A stretch of DNA of 32,000 nt from Corynebacterium glutamicum ATCC 13032 (GTDB lineage Bacteria > Actinomycetota > Actinomycetes > Mycobacteriales > Mycobacteriaceae), in NCBI RefSeq assembly GCF_000011325.1, contig NC_003450.3:2820001-2852000 (forward strand), given 5' to 3'. The notes under the pieces are model-generated. The model was not told the DNA's origin. It did not search any database and saw only the letters and a program-made list of their open reading frames with translations. Below, piece after piece: positions 1-9,153 of the stretch (positions are counted from its first letter, which is position 1; each line of letters opens with the position of its first letter). The position numbers and the translations under genes were made by a program.

Positions 1-277
1 CCGTGCGGAACACCATCCCGTTGATCAGGGGCTCGAGGGACATCCTGGACACGAAAGTGCCGTAGCCGTGGCGAACCTCGACGATGTCCAAGGTCACGAG
101 CGCGCGGATCGCCTCCCTGATCGCAGAACGGGAACAACCCAATTCCTCACATAAGAACGCTTCGGAAGGAAGAAGGTCTCCCGTACGCAGCCGGTTGTCC
201 CGAATGTATTTTTTAATGTCGCGCACTGCTTCTTGAGTAGTGGACCTTGATCGCGAAGTCTTTTTGGAGCTTTCCAT
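1..277 (-). CDS. nanR: GntR/FadR-family transcriptional regulator, N-terminal part only (the gene continues beyond the left edge); likely the sialic-acid regulon repressor NanR
   Basis: Hand translation of the minus strand from the ATG at 277 gives MESSKKTSRSRSTTQEAVRDIKKYIRDNRLRTGDLLPSEAFLCEELGCSRSAIREAIRALVTLDIVEVRHGYGTFV, a typical GntR winged-HTH. It is divergent from the siaE operon. It is absent from the ORF track because it is truncated by the window edge. Confidence 0.8.
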   Translation of the reverse strand, partial: MESSKKTSRSRSTTQEAVRDIKKYIRDNRLRTGDLLPSEAFLCEELGCSRSAIREAIRALVTLDIVEVRHGYGTFVSRMSLEPLINGMVFRT

Positions 278-457
278 TGTGTTCACTTCCTAATCTGGAG
301 ATGGTTCTGATCATATCGACTGTCGTTTCCATCAGACCCCATCCGTCTTATCTGAAGTGCTTTCAGATGTTCTACCTGCAAGTTTCTAGACGGCACCCCA
401 CTGTAGGGGTAAGTAAATGTGCATTTTCTGAAATGATTTCAAAAAATTTATTCCTAA

Positions 458-478
458 ACGTCTGATGTCTGATGTATA
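458..478. promoter_or_regulatory. Candidate NanR operator: tandem TGATGTC/TGATGTA repeat overlapping a -10-like TATATT (475-480)
   Basis: The sequence ACGTCTGATGTCTGATGTATA lies in the nanR-siaE divergent intergenic region. It fits the published NanR motif as I recall it, A[AC]G[CT][AC]TGATGTC[AT][TG]ATGT[AC]TA (recollection, not checked). The TATATT hexamer is embedded in the site. Confidence 0.5.
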
Positions 479-584
479 TTGACACTACAGCAATTCAATG
501 ACACCGCTCACAATTTCTTTTAATGAGCATAGCGTCACAATTCAACTCACGGCCTGGGCCCCTCTTTTAAAAAGGATGTACCTC

Positions 585-2195
585 ATGAGCACCACGATTA
601 CTCGCCGCAATTTCCTCCGAGCAACCGGAATCCTCGGTGTCGCAGCTGGCATCGGCGCAACACTTGCTGCATGTGCACCAGACAACACCGGCACCAGCGG
701 ATCCACCTCCACCGCAGCTGGCACCGGAACTGCAAATGAAGAAGGCACCATCACCGCAGCCATCTCCTACGAACTGGGAACCAACGGCTACGACCCAATG
801 ACCACCACCTCGGCTCTCACTGTGGCAGCCAACTGGCACACCCTTGAAGGCCTCACCGAAATCGACCCAGCCACCGGCGAGGTCTACGCAGCACTCGCCA
901 GCGCACTGCCTTCAGCCGATGCGACCTCCCTAGACATCAAGCTTCGCGACGGCGCCACCTTCCACAACGGCGACGCAGTCACCGCAGACGACGTAGTCTT
1001 CTCTTTTGAGCGAGTCCTCGATCCAGCCAACAACTCCCTTTACGCATCCTTCATCCCATTCATCAAGTCAGTCACCAAGAAGGATGACACCACCGTCACC
1101 ATCGACCTCGACTACGCAACCGGCATCATCAGCGAACGCCTCGCAGTAGTAAAGATCGTGCCAAAGTCCGTCGTGGAAGCAGACGCATCCGGATTCGACG
1201 CCAACCCAATCGGCTCCGGCCCATACAAGATGACCGACAACGGTGCATCCAAGGTGGTCAAGTTCGAGCGCAACGACGACTACAACGGCCCACGCCCAGC
1301 ACGTGCCGCCAAGATGGAATGGCAGATCATCCCCGACGCCTCCACCCGCACCAACTCCCTTCAGTCCGGCAGCACCATGGCCATCGACTCCGTTCCATAC
1401 CTGTCGATCCCACAGCTTGAAGCCACCAGCACCGTAGAATCCGTCCAAGGATTCGGCCTCCTGTTCGCCATGTTCAACTGCTCCGAAGGCAACCCCTTCA
1501 ACGACGTCCGCAACCGCCAGGCATTCCTCTACGCACTGGACATGGACAAGATCGTTAAGACCGGCATGTCCGACCAGGCAACCCCAGCCACCTCCTTCGT
1601 GCAGAAGGAACACCCCAACTACAACCAGGCATCCACGGTCTACTCCCTCGACGCCGACAAAGCCAAGGCGCTGTTCGCTGAAACCGGCCTTACCAGCCTC
1701 AACCTCCTGTGCACCGACCACGACTGGGTCAAGAACTGCACCCCACTGATCCAGGAATCCCTCGCAGCCCTTGGCATCAACGTTTCCTTCACCGAACGTA
1801 AATCCGCCGACGTCTACAACACCATCGACGGCAAGCCAGAAGCATACGACGTCGTCATCGCCCCAGGTGACCCATCCGTCTTCGGCAACGACCCAGACCT
1901 CCTCATGCGCTGGTGGTACGCCGGCGACGTCTGGACCGACTCCCGCATGCACTGGAAGGGCAGCGAATCCTACGACCAGGTACAAAACCTCCTGGAAGAA
2001 GGCATCCGCGCTACCGACAAGGCAGAACAGCAAGACATCTGGAACCGCACCTTCGATGTCATCTCCGACAATGTTCCCCTCTACCCGCTGTTCCACCGCA
2101 AGGTCCCAACCGCATGGAACTCCAACGCCCTCGTCGACTTCAAGCCAATCTCACTCACCGGCTTGAACTTCTCAGGTGTTGCAACTACTGAATAA
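585..2195 (+). CDS. siaE: ABC transporter substrate-binding lipoprotein, family 5 (Opp/Dpp type), with a Tat signal; sialic-acid binding component
   Basis: ORF 498-2195. I prefer the ATG at 585, which is preceded by AAAGGA (571-576) at 8 nt. The N-terminus MSTTITRRNFLRATGILGVAAGIGATLAAC carries a twin-arginine motif plus a lipobox Cys. The body is typical of SBP_bac_5. The gene assignment rests on the nanR neighbourhood and recalled C. glutamicum literature. Confidence 0.85.
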   Translation: MSTTITRRNFLRATGILGVAAGIGATLAACAPDNTGTSGSTSTAAGTGTANEEGTITAAISYELGTNGYDPMTTTSALTVAANWHTLEGLTEIDPATGEVYAALASALPSADATSLDIKLRDGATFHNGDAVTADDVVFSFERVLDPANNSLYASFIPFIKSVTKKDDTTVTIDLDYATGIISERLAVVKIVPKSVVEADASGFDANPIGSGPYKMTDNGASKVVKFERNDDYNGPRPARAAKMEWQIIPDASTRTNSLQSGSTMAIDSVPYLSIPQLEATSTVESVQGFGLLFAMFNCSEGNPFNDVRNRQAFLYALDMDKIVKTGMSDQATPATSFVQKEHPNYNQASTVYSLDADKAKALFAETGLTSLNLLCTDHDWVKNCTPLIQESLAALGINVSFTERKSADVYNTIDGKPEAYDVVIAPGDPSVFGNDPDLLMRWWYAGDVWTDSRMHWKGSESYDQVQNLLEEGIRATDKAEQQDIWNRTFDVISDNVPLYPLFHRKVPTAWNSNALVDFKPISLTGLNFSGVATTE

Positions 2196-2215
2196 CAACC
2201 CCAGTGGCTTTCAAA

Positions 2216-2256
2216 GCCCGGCGTAGCCAGAATTCTGCGCCGCGCCGGGCTTTTTC
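2216..2256 (+). terminator. Rho-independent terminator or attenuator between siaE and siaF
   Basis: GCCCGGCG (2216-2223) pairs with CGCCGGGC (2243-2250) and is followed by TTTTTCTCTT. Confidence 0.55.
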
Positions 2257-2375
2257 TCTTCAGTTTTCTCCAGCTCTCTCCAATTCTTTCCAGTTTTTGG
2301 CGTTTTTCTAGCCTGTTAGTTTTCAGCATTTTTCAGCACACTTTTTAAGATCTCATCGAAAGCGCGATACCCACT

Positions 2376-3341
2376 ATGTCCAATCTTTTGAGACTTGTCG
2401 GCCGACGGCTCATCGCTTTACCGATCATGATTATTGGCGTCACCCTGCTGGTTTTCATCGTCATGTCATTCTCTCCTGCCGACCCGGCACGACTTGCCCT
2501 AGGCGAATCAGCCTCCCCCGAAGCACTTGAAGCCTACCGTGAAGCCAACGGCCTCAACGATCCAATGATGGTTCGCTATTTCGACTTCATCCTCGGCATG
2601 CTCAAAGGCGACTTGGGAACCTCTAGCGGTGGCGTAGCTGTTACCGACATTGTTGCCCGCGCTTTCCCCATCACCCTGCAGCTAACATTCTGGGGACTCA
2701 TCATCGCTGTTGTAGTGGCGTTGATCCTCGGTGTCATCGCCGCTCTATACCGAGACCGCTGGCCTGACCAGTTGATTCGCGTGGTCTCCATTGCGGCTCT
2801 TGCTACTCCTTCATTCTGGTTGGCTATCTTGCTGATCCAGTGGTTGGGTACTATCCCTGGAGCCTGGGGTTTCTTCCCAGCACTTGTCACCCGGTGGGTC
2901 CCATTCAGCGAAGATCCCGCCACCTACTTCAACAACATCGCACTTCCAGCGATTGCGTTGGCAGTCCCCGTTGCAGGTTCTTTGGCCCGCGTTGTTCGTA
3001 CCTCCATGGTGGAAGAACTGGACAAGGACTACGTCCGCACAGCAATCGGTGCAGGTATCCCCAAAACTGAAGTTGTTGCCCGCAATGTTCTGCGCAATGC
3101 GCTGATCACCCCAATCACCGTGATTGGTCTTCGCGTTGGTTACCTCATGGGTGGTGCGGTGATCATTGAGATCATCTTCAACATCCAAGCAATGGGACAG
3201 CTCATCCTAGACGGTGTGACCCGAAATGACGTCTACCTCGTCCAAGGTGTCACCCTCACCGTTGCCATCGCCTTCATCATCGTCAATATCGCCGTGGACC
3301 TGCTCTACGTCCTGGTCAATCCACGTATTAGGAGCATCTAG
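2376..3341 (+). CDS. siaF: ABC transporter permease (DppB/OppB type)
   Basis: 321-aa ORF with multiple hydrophobic helices and the EAA-like loop DYVRTAIGAGIPKTEVVARNVLRNAL. Its stop abuts the next start (TAGATG). Confidence 0.9.
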   Translation: MSNLLRLVGRRLIALPIMIIGVTLLVFIVMSFSPADPARLALGESASPEALEAYREANGLNDPMMVRYFDFILGMLKGDLGTSSGGVAVTDIVARAFPITLQLTFWGLIIAVVVALILGVIAALYRDRWPDQLIRVVSIAALATPSFWLAILLIQWLGTIPGAWGFFPALVTRWVPFSEDPATYFNNIALPAIALAVPVAGSLARVVRTSMVEELDKDYVRTAIGAGIPKTEVVARNVLRNALITPITVIGLRVGYLMGGAVIIEIIFNIQAMGQLILDGVTRNDVYLVQGVTLTVAIAFIIVNIAVDLLYVLVNPRIRSI

Positions 3342-5345
3342 ATGCGCCGTAAACTAACCACCACATTAGAAAACAAGCCCGGTGCACGACTTGGTGGCTT
3401 CCGCGCACTTGCACCAACTTCAAAAATCGCGCTGGTTTTCCTTCTCCTGATCTTCCTCCTCGCGATCTTTGCCCCACTGATTGCTAAATACGATCCACTG
3501 GCCTCCGGAACTCCAGTCCAGCCTCCAAGCGGTGAGCACTGGTTTGGTACCGACGCCATCGGCCGCGATATTTTCTCCCGCGTAGCCCACGGCGCCAGAG
3601 CCTCCCTGATCATTGGTCTTTTCGCTACGGGTGCAGCACTTCTAGTTGCGGCAGTGTTGGGATCTATCGCAGCGACTGCAAACAAAGCAATCTCCGAAGT
3701 TCTCATGCGCGTCCTCGACGTAATCATGTCTTTCCCAGGAATTGCACTGGCTGCAGTCTTCGTTGCAGTGTTCGGCAACGGCGTTCCAGTTATCGTGTTC
3801 GCCATCGCTTTCCTCTACACCCCGCAGCTGGCCCGCATTGTGCGTGCAAATATCTTGTCCCAGTTCGGTGAAGACTACGTCAATGCTTCCAAGGTCATTG
3901 GCGCATCAACCGCTCACATCTTGATCAAGCACGTTGCCCGAAACTGCATGGCTCCGATTCTGGTGTTCGCCACCGTCCTGGTCGCCGATGCGATTGTCTT
4001 CGAAGCATCCCTGTCCTTCATCAACGCTGGTGTGAAACCACCATCACCTTCATGGGGCAACATCCTTGCCGATGGTAAAGCCCTGCTGCTTAGCGGCGCA
4101 TGGTGGCCAACCTTCTTCCCAGGTTTGATGATCCTGCTGACCGTTCTCTGCTTGAACATCCTTTCTGAAGGCCTCACCGACACCCTGGCCAGCCCTAAGC
4201 CAAAGCCTGTTTCAGCTTCTGCAAAGAAGGCACTGAAGAAGGAAGAATCCGGTGAAAAGGAAGGCTCCGGAATCGTGCTTGGGCACACCACACGTGAAGA
4301 AGCCAACGCCTCACTGCTCGCATCACTTGCTGCGCTATCCACCAGCGAAAACAATTCCAATAACCGGCTTATATTTGATGGCAACCCCACTCCTCTGTTG
4401 GAAGTTCGCGATCTAAAGATCTCCTTCCCCAATGCTCACGGAGATATCAATATTGTCGACGGCGTGAACTTCACCGTCGCCCCAGGCCAAACCATGGGTC
4501 TTGTCGGTGAATCCGGCTGTGGTAAATCGATTACCGCAATGTCGATCATGGGTCTGCTGCCTCCAACAGCAAAGATCGAAGGCGAGATCCTTTTCGACGG
4601 AAAGAACCTCCTTGATCTGAAACCAGACGAGCTCAATGCACTGCGTGGACATGAAATCGCCATGATCTACCAAGATGCACTCTCCTCACTCAACCCATCC
4701 ATGCTGATCAGCGCCCAAATGAAGCAGCTGACCCGCCGCGGTGGAAAGCGCAGTGCCGAAGAACTCCTGGAACTTGTAGGCCTTGATCCAAAGCGCACCC
4801 TGCAGTCCTACCCGCATGAGCTTTCAGGTGGCCAGCGCCAGCGAGTTCTCATCGCAATGGCACTGACCAGAAACCCACGCCTCCTCATCGCCGACGAGCC
4901 AACCACCGCGCTAGACGTCACTGTTCAGCAGCAGGTTGTCGATCTGCTTAATGAACTGCGTGAAAAGCTCGGATTCGCCATGATCTTTGTATCCCACGAC
5001 TTGGCTCTTGTCGCCCGCCTGGTGCACAAGCTCACCGTCATGTACGCAGGTCAGGTTGTTGAGCAAGGAACCACCCGCGAAATCCTTATCGATCCTCGAC
5101 ACGAATACACCCGCGGTTTGCTCGGATCCGTGCTCTCCATCGAAGCTGGTGTGGACCGCCTCTACCAGGTCCCAGGCACTGTTCCATCACCAAAGGAATT
5201 CGTGGCAGGCGACCGCTTTGCACCACGATCAGAATTCCCAGAACTTGGCCTTGACCAAAAGCCAGTACTTCGCCCCATCACGGGCACAGAGCATGCATAC
5301 GCAGCAACCGATGAACTTCTTGCCGCAAAGGGAGAACAACGATGA
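3342..5345 (+). CDS. siaG: Fused ABC permease (DppC type) and ATPase (DppD type)
   Basis: 667-aa ORF. The N-terminal roughly 285 aa are membrane helices with the loop [26 protein letters not shown] Lys/Glu/Ser-rich linker follows. The C-terminal NBD has Walker A GESGCGKS, signature LSGGQRQR and Walker [13 protein letters not shown]. Confidence 0.9.
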   Translation: MRRKLTTTLENKPGARLGGFRALAPTSKIALVFLLLIFLLAIFAPLIAKYDPLASGTPVQPPSGEHWFGTDAIGRDIFSRVAHGARASLIIGLFATGAALLVAAVLGSIAATANKAISEVLMRVLDVIMSFPGIALAAVFVAVFGNGVPVIVFAIAFLYTPQLARIVRANILSQFGEDYVNASKVIGASTAHILIKHVARNCMAPILVFATVLVADAIVFEASLSFINAGVKPPSPSWGNILADGKALLLSGAWWPTFFPGLMILLTVLCLNILSEGLTDTLASPKPKPVSASAKKALKKEESGEKEGSGIVLGHTTREEANASLLASLAALSTSENNSNNRLIFDGNPTPLLEVRDLKISFPNAHGDINIVDGVNFTVAPGQTMGLVGESGCGKSITAMSIMGLLPPTAKIEGEILFDGKNLLDLKPDELNALRGHEIAMIYQDALSSLNPSMLISAQMKQLTRRGGKRSAEELLELVGLDPKRTLQSYPHELSGGQRQRVLIAMALTRNPRLLIADEPTTALDVTVQQQVVDLLNELREKLGFAMIFVSHDLALVARLVHKLTVMYAGQVVEQGTTREILIDPRHEYTRGLLGSVLSIEAGVDRLYQVPGTVPSPKEFVAGDRFAPRSEFPELGLDQKPVLRPITGTEHAYAATDELLAAKGEQR

Positions 5346-6160
5346 CCTCGACAATCGACACCAGGCAACCCATCCTGGTACTGCGAAACACCAACGTGAT
5401 CCACAAGACCCGTACCGGAAAGCTGTTTCGCCCAGACCAGGTCCACGCCAACAAAAACATCAACTTCAAGGCCTACCGCGATGAAGTAATCGGCATCGTG
5501 GGTGAATCTGGTTGCGGAAAATCTACCCTTGCCCGCGTTATGGTTGGCCTGCAACCGGTCACCTCCGGCGAAGTGCTGTTCAAAGGCAAGCCCATGAAGC
5601 CTCGTGGTGCGCAGCGCAAAGAACTCGGCAGCTCAGTATCCGTCGTGTTCCAGGATCCTGCCACCTCGTTAAACCCACGAATGACCGTGCGCGAACAGCT
5701 CCTCGATCCACTTCGAGTACACAAAGTTGGCGATGAAGCATCCCGCAACCAGTGGGTTTCAGAGCTGATCTCCATGGTTGGCCTCCCGCAATCCGCGTTG
5801 GAAGTACTCCCCCGACAGGTTTCCGGTGGCCAACGCCAACGCGTGGCCATTGCTCGAGCACTTGCGCTGAAACCTGACATCATCGTTGCCGACGAACCAA
5901 CCTCCGCGCTGGATGTATCCGTTCGTGCGCAGGTCCTCAACCTTCTGCTGGATCTGAAAACTGAACTCGGCCTGGGATTGGTATTCATCTCCCACGACAT
6001 CAACACTGTTCGCTACGTTTCTGATCGCATCGCAGTCATGCTGGCTGGAGAAATCATTGAGGAAAACACCACCTCAGAGATCTTCAACAATGCGCAGCAG
6101 GACTACACCCGCACTCTGCTCGAAGCGACACCATCGCTGCTGAACAAAACTCGTTTGTAG
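5342..6160 (+). CDS. siaI: ABC transporter ATP-binding protein (DppF/OppF type)
   Basis: 272-aa ORF with an ATGA start/stop overlap with siaG. Walker [10 protein letters not shown], signature VSGGQRQR, Walker B IIVADEPTSALD. Confidence 0.9.
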   Translation: MTSTIDTRQPILVLRNTNVIHKTRTGKLFRPDQVHANKNINFKAYRDEVIGIVGESGCGKSTLARVMVGLQPVTSGEVLFKGKPMKPRGAQRKELGSSVSVVFQDPATSLNPRMTVREQLLDPLRVHKVGDEASRNQWVSELISMVGLPQSALEVLPRQVSGGQRQRVAIARALALKPDIIVADEPTSALDVSVRAQVLNLLLDLKTELGLGLVFISHDINTVRYVSDRIAVMLAGEIIEENTTSEIFNNAQQDYTRTLLEATPSLLNKTRL

Positions 6161-6186
6161 TCTCCAACCCTTTATTCCCTCACAGC

Positions 6187-6227
6187 GGGCTTATCACTTT
6201 CGCACAACCGGCCTAAGTGATAAGCCC
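6187..6227. terminator. Hairpin between convergent siaI and the LysE-family gene (candidate bidirectional terminator)
   Basis: GGGCTTATCAC (6187-6197) pairs with GTGATAAGCCC (6217-6227): an 11-bp perfect stem with a 19-nt loop. The right arm overlaps the 3' end of the minus-strand gene. There is no clear U-tract. Confidence 0.4.
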
Positions 6228-6836
6228 ATAAGCAGTATTAACCAGTAATCCGGCACCAATGAGAAACAGTGCGATGCCACCAACCAGGGTGATAATGCGA
6301 TCCGCAGACGGTAACTTTTGCAGACCAATACCCCTGACCAATGCGATTGTTCCCAACCACCACGCTCCTGAGCCAAGCACGATGGTGGCACACAATGCCA
6401 AGGTCCTCATTTTCATATCTTCCCCATTCCCAATGAACTGAGGAAGAATCGCTGCAAAGAACAACAGCGCTTTCGGGTTCGTGGCATTGGTGATAAATCC
6501 TCGAAAATAACCTGCACTCGATTGACTAGCAGCAGTTTCAGATTCCCCGGTATTTTGGGAAGCACGAAACATGTTCGTGCCCATCCACAAAAGCACTCCC
6601 GCACCAAGAAGTTGAATAGCGCTCAATACTCCCGGAGCTGATAGCAATAATGCAGTTGCTCCGGCTATCGCAAGACTCGCATGTAACATCAGTCCCGTCA
6701 TGATTCCTGCCGCAGTCATGACCCCCGTGCGGATCCCGCGGGTTGCAGAATGTAGAACAAGAACAAGGTCAGGTCCGGGCACCGCTAATGCCACCAATAA
6801 TGCGAGTGCGAATGCGACCCATGATGCTGCGTCCAC
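6213..6836 (-). CDS. LysE/RhtB-family amino-acid exporter
   Basis: 207-aa ORF with a GTG start preceded by GAGGT. The N-terminus MDAASWVAFALALLVALAVPGPDLVLVL is characteristic of the LysE/RhtB family, and about 6 hydrophobic helices follow. Confidence 0.8.
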   Translation of the reverse strand: MDAASWVAFALALLVALAVPGPDLVLVLHSATRGIRTGVMTAAGIMTGLMLHASLAIAGATALLLSAPGVLSAIQLLGAGVLLWMGTNMFRASQNTGESETAASQSSAGYFRGFITNATNPKALLFFAAILPQFIGNGEDMKMRTLALCATIVLGSGAWWLGTIALVRGIGLQKLPSADRIITLVGGIALFLIGAGLLVNTAYGLIT

Positions 6837-6879
6837 GTGTACCTCAATTTCTGTTCAAAGAATTTCCAGAAACTAAATG

Positions 6880-6894
6880 TACGAATATGATTCG
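6880..6894. promoter_or_regulatory. Perfect palindrome ACGAATatgATTCGT immediately upstream of a -10-like TAGACT (6895-6900); candidate Lrp-type operator
   Basis: 6-bp arms with a 3-nt spacer lie in the 71-bp divergent intergenic region. TAGACT ends 7 nt before the ATG at 6908, and no SD is present. Confidence 0.35.
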
Positions 6895-6907
6895 TTAGAC
6901 TTCAAAC

Positions 6908-7408
6908 ATGAATGAATTTCAAATGAAACAAGATCAATCTCCAAAATTAGATTCGGTAGATTGGAAAATCCTCGAACTTTTACAGGTCGATGCAACAATG
7001 CCGAACAAGGACATCGCAGCCAAAGTCGGTATCGCACCGAGCACCTGTCTAGAACGGATCCGGCGAATGCGACGAAATGGAACAATCGTAGCCACCCGTG
7101 CGCACGTTCGCCCAAGTTTGTTGGGTAGAGGTGAACAGGCTTTTCTTGGCATCCAAATCCGACCCCACGCCCGTGATACAGCCAATGACTTTGTGCAAAA
7201 AGTACTCGCACTTCCCGAAACCCTCGCGCTCTACAACGTCAGTGGCAGCGAAGACTATCTTGTTCATGTCGCCGTAGCGAACAGCACCGAATTACAATCT
7301 TTGATCATCGATAAACTGCTCGCACTGCCACAGGTCGCGCACTGTCGAACACAACTAATTTTCGGTGAGCCTTGGGTCGCTCCGCTTCGACAAAGCGACG
7401 GACAATAA
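6908..7408 (+). CDS. Lrp/AsnC-family transcriptional regulator
   Basis: 166-aa ORF. The HTH DWKILELLQVDATMPNKDIAAKVGIAPSTCLERIRRM is followed by a RAM-like C-terminal domain. It is divergent from the exporter gene. The start could alternatively be the ATG at 6923. Confidence 0.85.
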   Translation: MNEFQMKQDQSPKLDSVDWKILELLQVDATMPNKDIAAKVGIAPSTCLERIRRMRRNGTIVATRAHVRPSLLGRGEQAFLGIQIRPHARDTANDFVQKVLALPETLALYNVSGSEDYLVHVAVANSTELQSLIIDKLLALPQVAHCRTQLIFGEPWVAPLRQSDGQ

Positions 7409-7455
7409 AGCCACCGACATTAAAGCAACAGTCGATCCCGACAAACTACAGGGGT

Positions 7456-7818
7456 TTACTTCCTCTTAGGTGATTTGTGGAAGTCTTTATACAGGGCAAG
7501 AAATCCACTGAGAATTAGTGTGAAAATAACTGCCCCTGCCAAACCGCCCCAAAACTTAGTCCAGGATTGCGCATCAAAAAGGAGCATTAAATTGGGTACA
7601 GCCGCAAATGCGTAGAGGCGCGGAATAAACCAATCACAGGGCTTTTTGTAATTCGAAAGTCCCCACACCACAGCTCCGATGGCTATTGCACTCGAAATCC
7701 ACATCACTAATGCGGTGGAGTTGTTGTCCCGAAATCCCAAAATCTGCTCGGTAGCCATCCCGCCAAGCACGATGATAGCAACGAGATTCCAGACTTTAGG
7801 TGAACTCAGCTTGGGCAT
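7456..7818 (-). CDS. Small hypothetical integral membrane protein
   Basis: 120-aa ORF with about 4 hydrophobic segments and a Lys/Arg C-terminus. I recognise no family. Confidence 0.55.
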   Translation of the reverse strand: MPKLSSPKVWNLVAIIVLGGMATEQILGFRDNNSTALVMWISSAIAIGAVVWGLSNYKKPCDWFIPRLYAFAAVPNLMLLFDAQSWTKFWGGLAGAVIFTLILSGFLALYKDFHKSPKRK

Positions 7819-7901
7819 GCCCCGACCATACCTTGAAGCCAGCCCCCTCCAGTCCCCGCCAGCTCCAAACAGACCAAGTCAGCCCAATCCCTACAGAAAA
7901 C

Positions 7902-8384
7902 TTAAGCCTTCCACACCACTGCCGTTGCTACCGATGCACGACCCTCGCTGCGACCAGTGAATCCCATGTGATCAGTGGTGGTGGCAGACAGTGAGCATGG
8001 TGCGCCGATGATTTCGGAGATGACTTGTTGTGCTTCTTCGCGGCGGGGTCCAAATTTGGGGGTTTGGCCAACCAGTTGGGCGGCGACATTTCCAATGACG
8101 TACCCGTGTGCCGAAAGCAGCTCCCGAACTTCCTTCAACAACTGTGTACCAGAAACACCATCGTATTCAGGTCTCCCCACACCAACGAAAGAGCCCAAAT
8201 CCCCCAGACCAGAGGCAGAAAGGAGAGCATCCACAATTGCATGAGCTACAACATCACCGTCGGAGTGGCCTTCGCAGCCGTCGACGCCTTCAAAGAGGAG
8301 GCAGGCGATCCAGCAGGGTTTTCCCGCTTCGATTTGGTGGGCGTCTGTGGCGATTCCTACGCGGGGGATGATTGGGTTAGTCAC
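7902..8384 (-). CDS. ispF: 2-C-methyl-D-erythritol 2,4-cyclodiphosphate synthase
   Basis: The ORF contains [11 protein letters not shown] and [11 protein letters not shown] (metal-binding D-x-H and His) and [12 protein letters not shown] prefer the GTG at 8384 (GAGGT lies 5-6 nt upstream; 8-nt overlap with the ispD stop) over the TTG at 8396 used by the track. Confidence 0.9.
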   Translation of the reverse strand: MTNPIIPRVGIATDAHQIEAGKPCWIACLLFEGVDGCEGHSDGDVVAHAIVDALLSASGLGDLGSFVGVGRPEYDGVSGTQLLKEVRELLSAHGYVIGNVAAQLVGQTPKFGPRREEAQQVISEIIGAPCSLSATTTDHMGFTGRSEGRASVATAVVWKA

Positions 8385-9147
8385 CTGGTACCTCAAATAT
8401 TGTGGGTTCGGCTTCGTCGGTGATGCGTTGTGCCAGCATCATATCAATGGGGGTTGTTACTTTAAACGCCATTGGGTCGCCTTGTACGCAGACTACATCT
8501 GCGCCGTACCATTCCATCAAGCTGGCGTCATCGGTTGGGATGAAGCCTGGGTTGGGGTCGGCGAAGAATTTCTCATTCGCTGCAACAAGTTCGGACAGCA
8601 GGAAGCCTTGTGGGGTTTGGACGGCGCGAAGTTCTGCACGGTTGGGTGTGTCGACAACTACTCCGCCATCAGGGGACACTCGTTTGATGGTGTCCGATAC
8701 TGGCAGTACTGGGATGACTGCGGTGGCGCCTTCGTGGACTTTGCGCACCACGCGCGCAATCATGCCGGGTGGTGTGAGCGCTCGGGCGCTGTCGTGGATT
8801 AAGACAATTGCATCGGGGGTGGCGTCGTCAAGCGAAATTGCCTGAAGGCCTGCCCAGACCGAGTCCGCGCGCTCCCCGCCGCCGTGCACGAGCCGTACGC
8901 GTACCCCTTCGGGGTCGTTCAAAAGACCGCGTTTGCGCAGCAAATCGCGGGCGTAGGTTTCCATGTCGGGGCTGACGAGGATGATGATTTCGTCGACGCT
9001 TTCGGAGGTGAGCATGGCTTGGAGCGAGCGCTCTAAAAGTGTGCGTTCACGCAACGTGACGAATGCTTTGGGGATGGGTCCGCCGAGGCGGGTTCCGCGC
9101 CCCGCCGCCGCGAGGAGTGCGATGACGGGGATTCGTGTAGACGACAT
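8377..9147 (-). CDS. ispD: 2-C-methyl-D-erythritol 4-phosphate cytidylyltransferase
   Basis: 256-aa ORF with the N-terminal motif [21 protein letters not shown] typical of IspD. It sits in the operon position between carD and ispF. Confidence 0.9.
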   Translation of the reverse strand: MSSTRIPVIALLAAAGRGTRLGGPIPKAFVTLRERTLLERSLQAMLTSESVDEIIILVSPDMETYARDLLRKRGLLNDPEGVRVRLVHGGGERADSVWAGLQAISLDDATPDAIVLIHDSARALTPPGMIARVVRKVHEGATAVIPVLPVSDTIKRVSPDGGVVVDTPNRAELRAVQTPQGFLLSELVAANEKFFADPNPGFIPTDDASLMEWYGADVVCVQGDPMAFKVTTPIDMMLAQRITDEAEPTIFEVPGD

Positions 9148-9153
9148 GGGCGT

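Noticed and set aside
247-465. 72-aa plus-strand ORF in the nanR-siaE intergenic region
   Set aside because: Its 5' end overlaps the nanR coding region. It has no RBS and an odd composition. The region is better explained as divergent promoters and operators.
498-584. N-terminal extension of siaE (MTPLTISFNEHSVTIQLTAWAPLLKRMYL)
   Set aside because: It would bury the Tat signal and lipobox behind 29 extra residues. The ATG at 585 has an SD at proper spacing, and the upstream part overlaps the predicted promoter/operator.
1068-2096. 342-aa ORF antisense to siaE
   Set aside because: It lies entirely inside a well-supported SBP gene. Its Gly/Val/Asp/Ala-rich composition is typical of the mirror frame of a high-GC3 gene, and it has no RBS or recognisable motif.
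8347-8845. Plus-strand ORFs of 151 aa and 147 aa opposite ispD
   Set aside because: They are antisense to a conserved gene, with no motifs or RBS.
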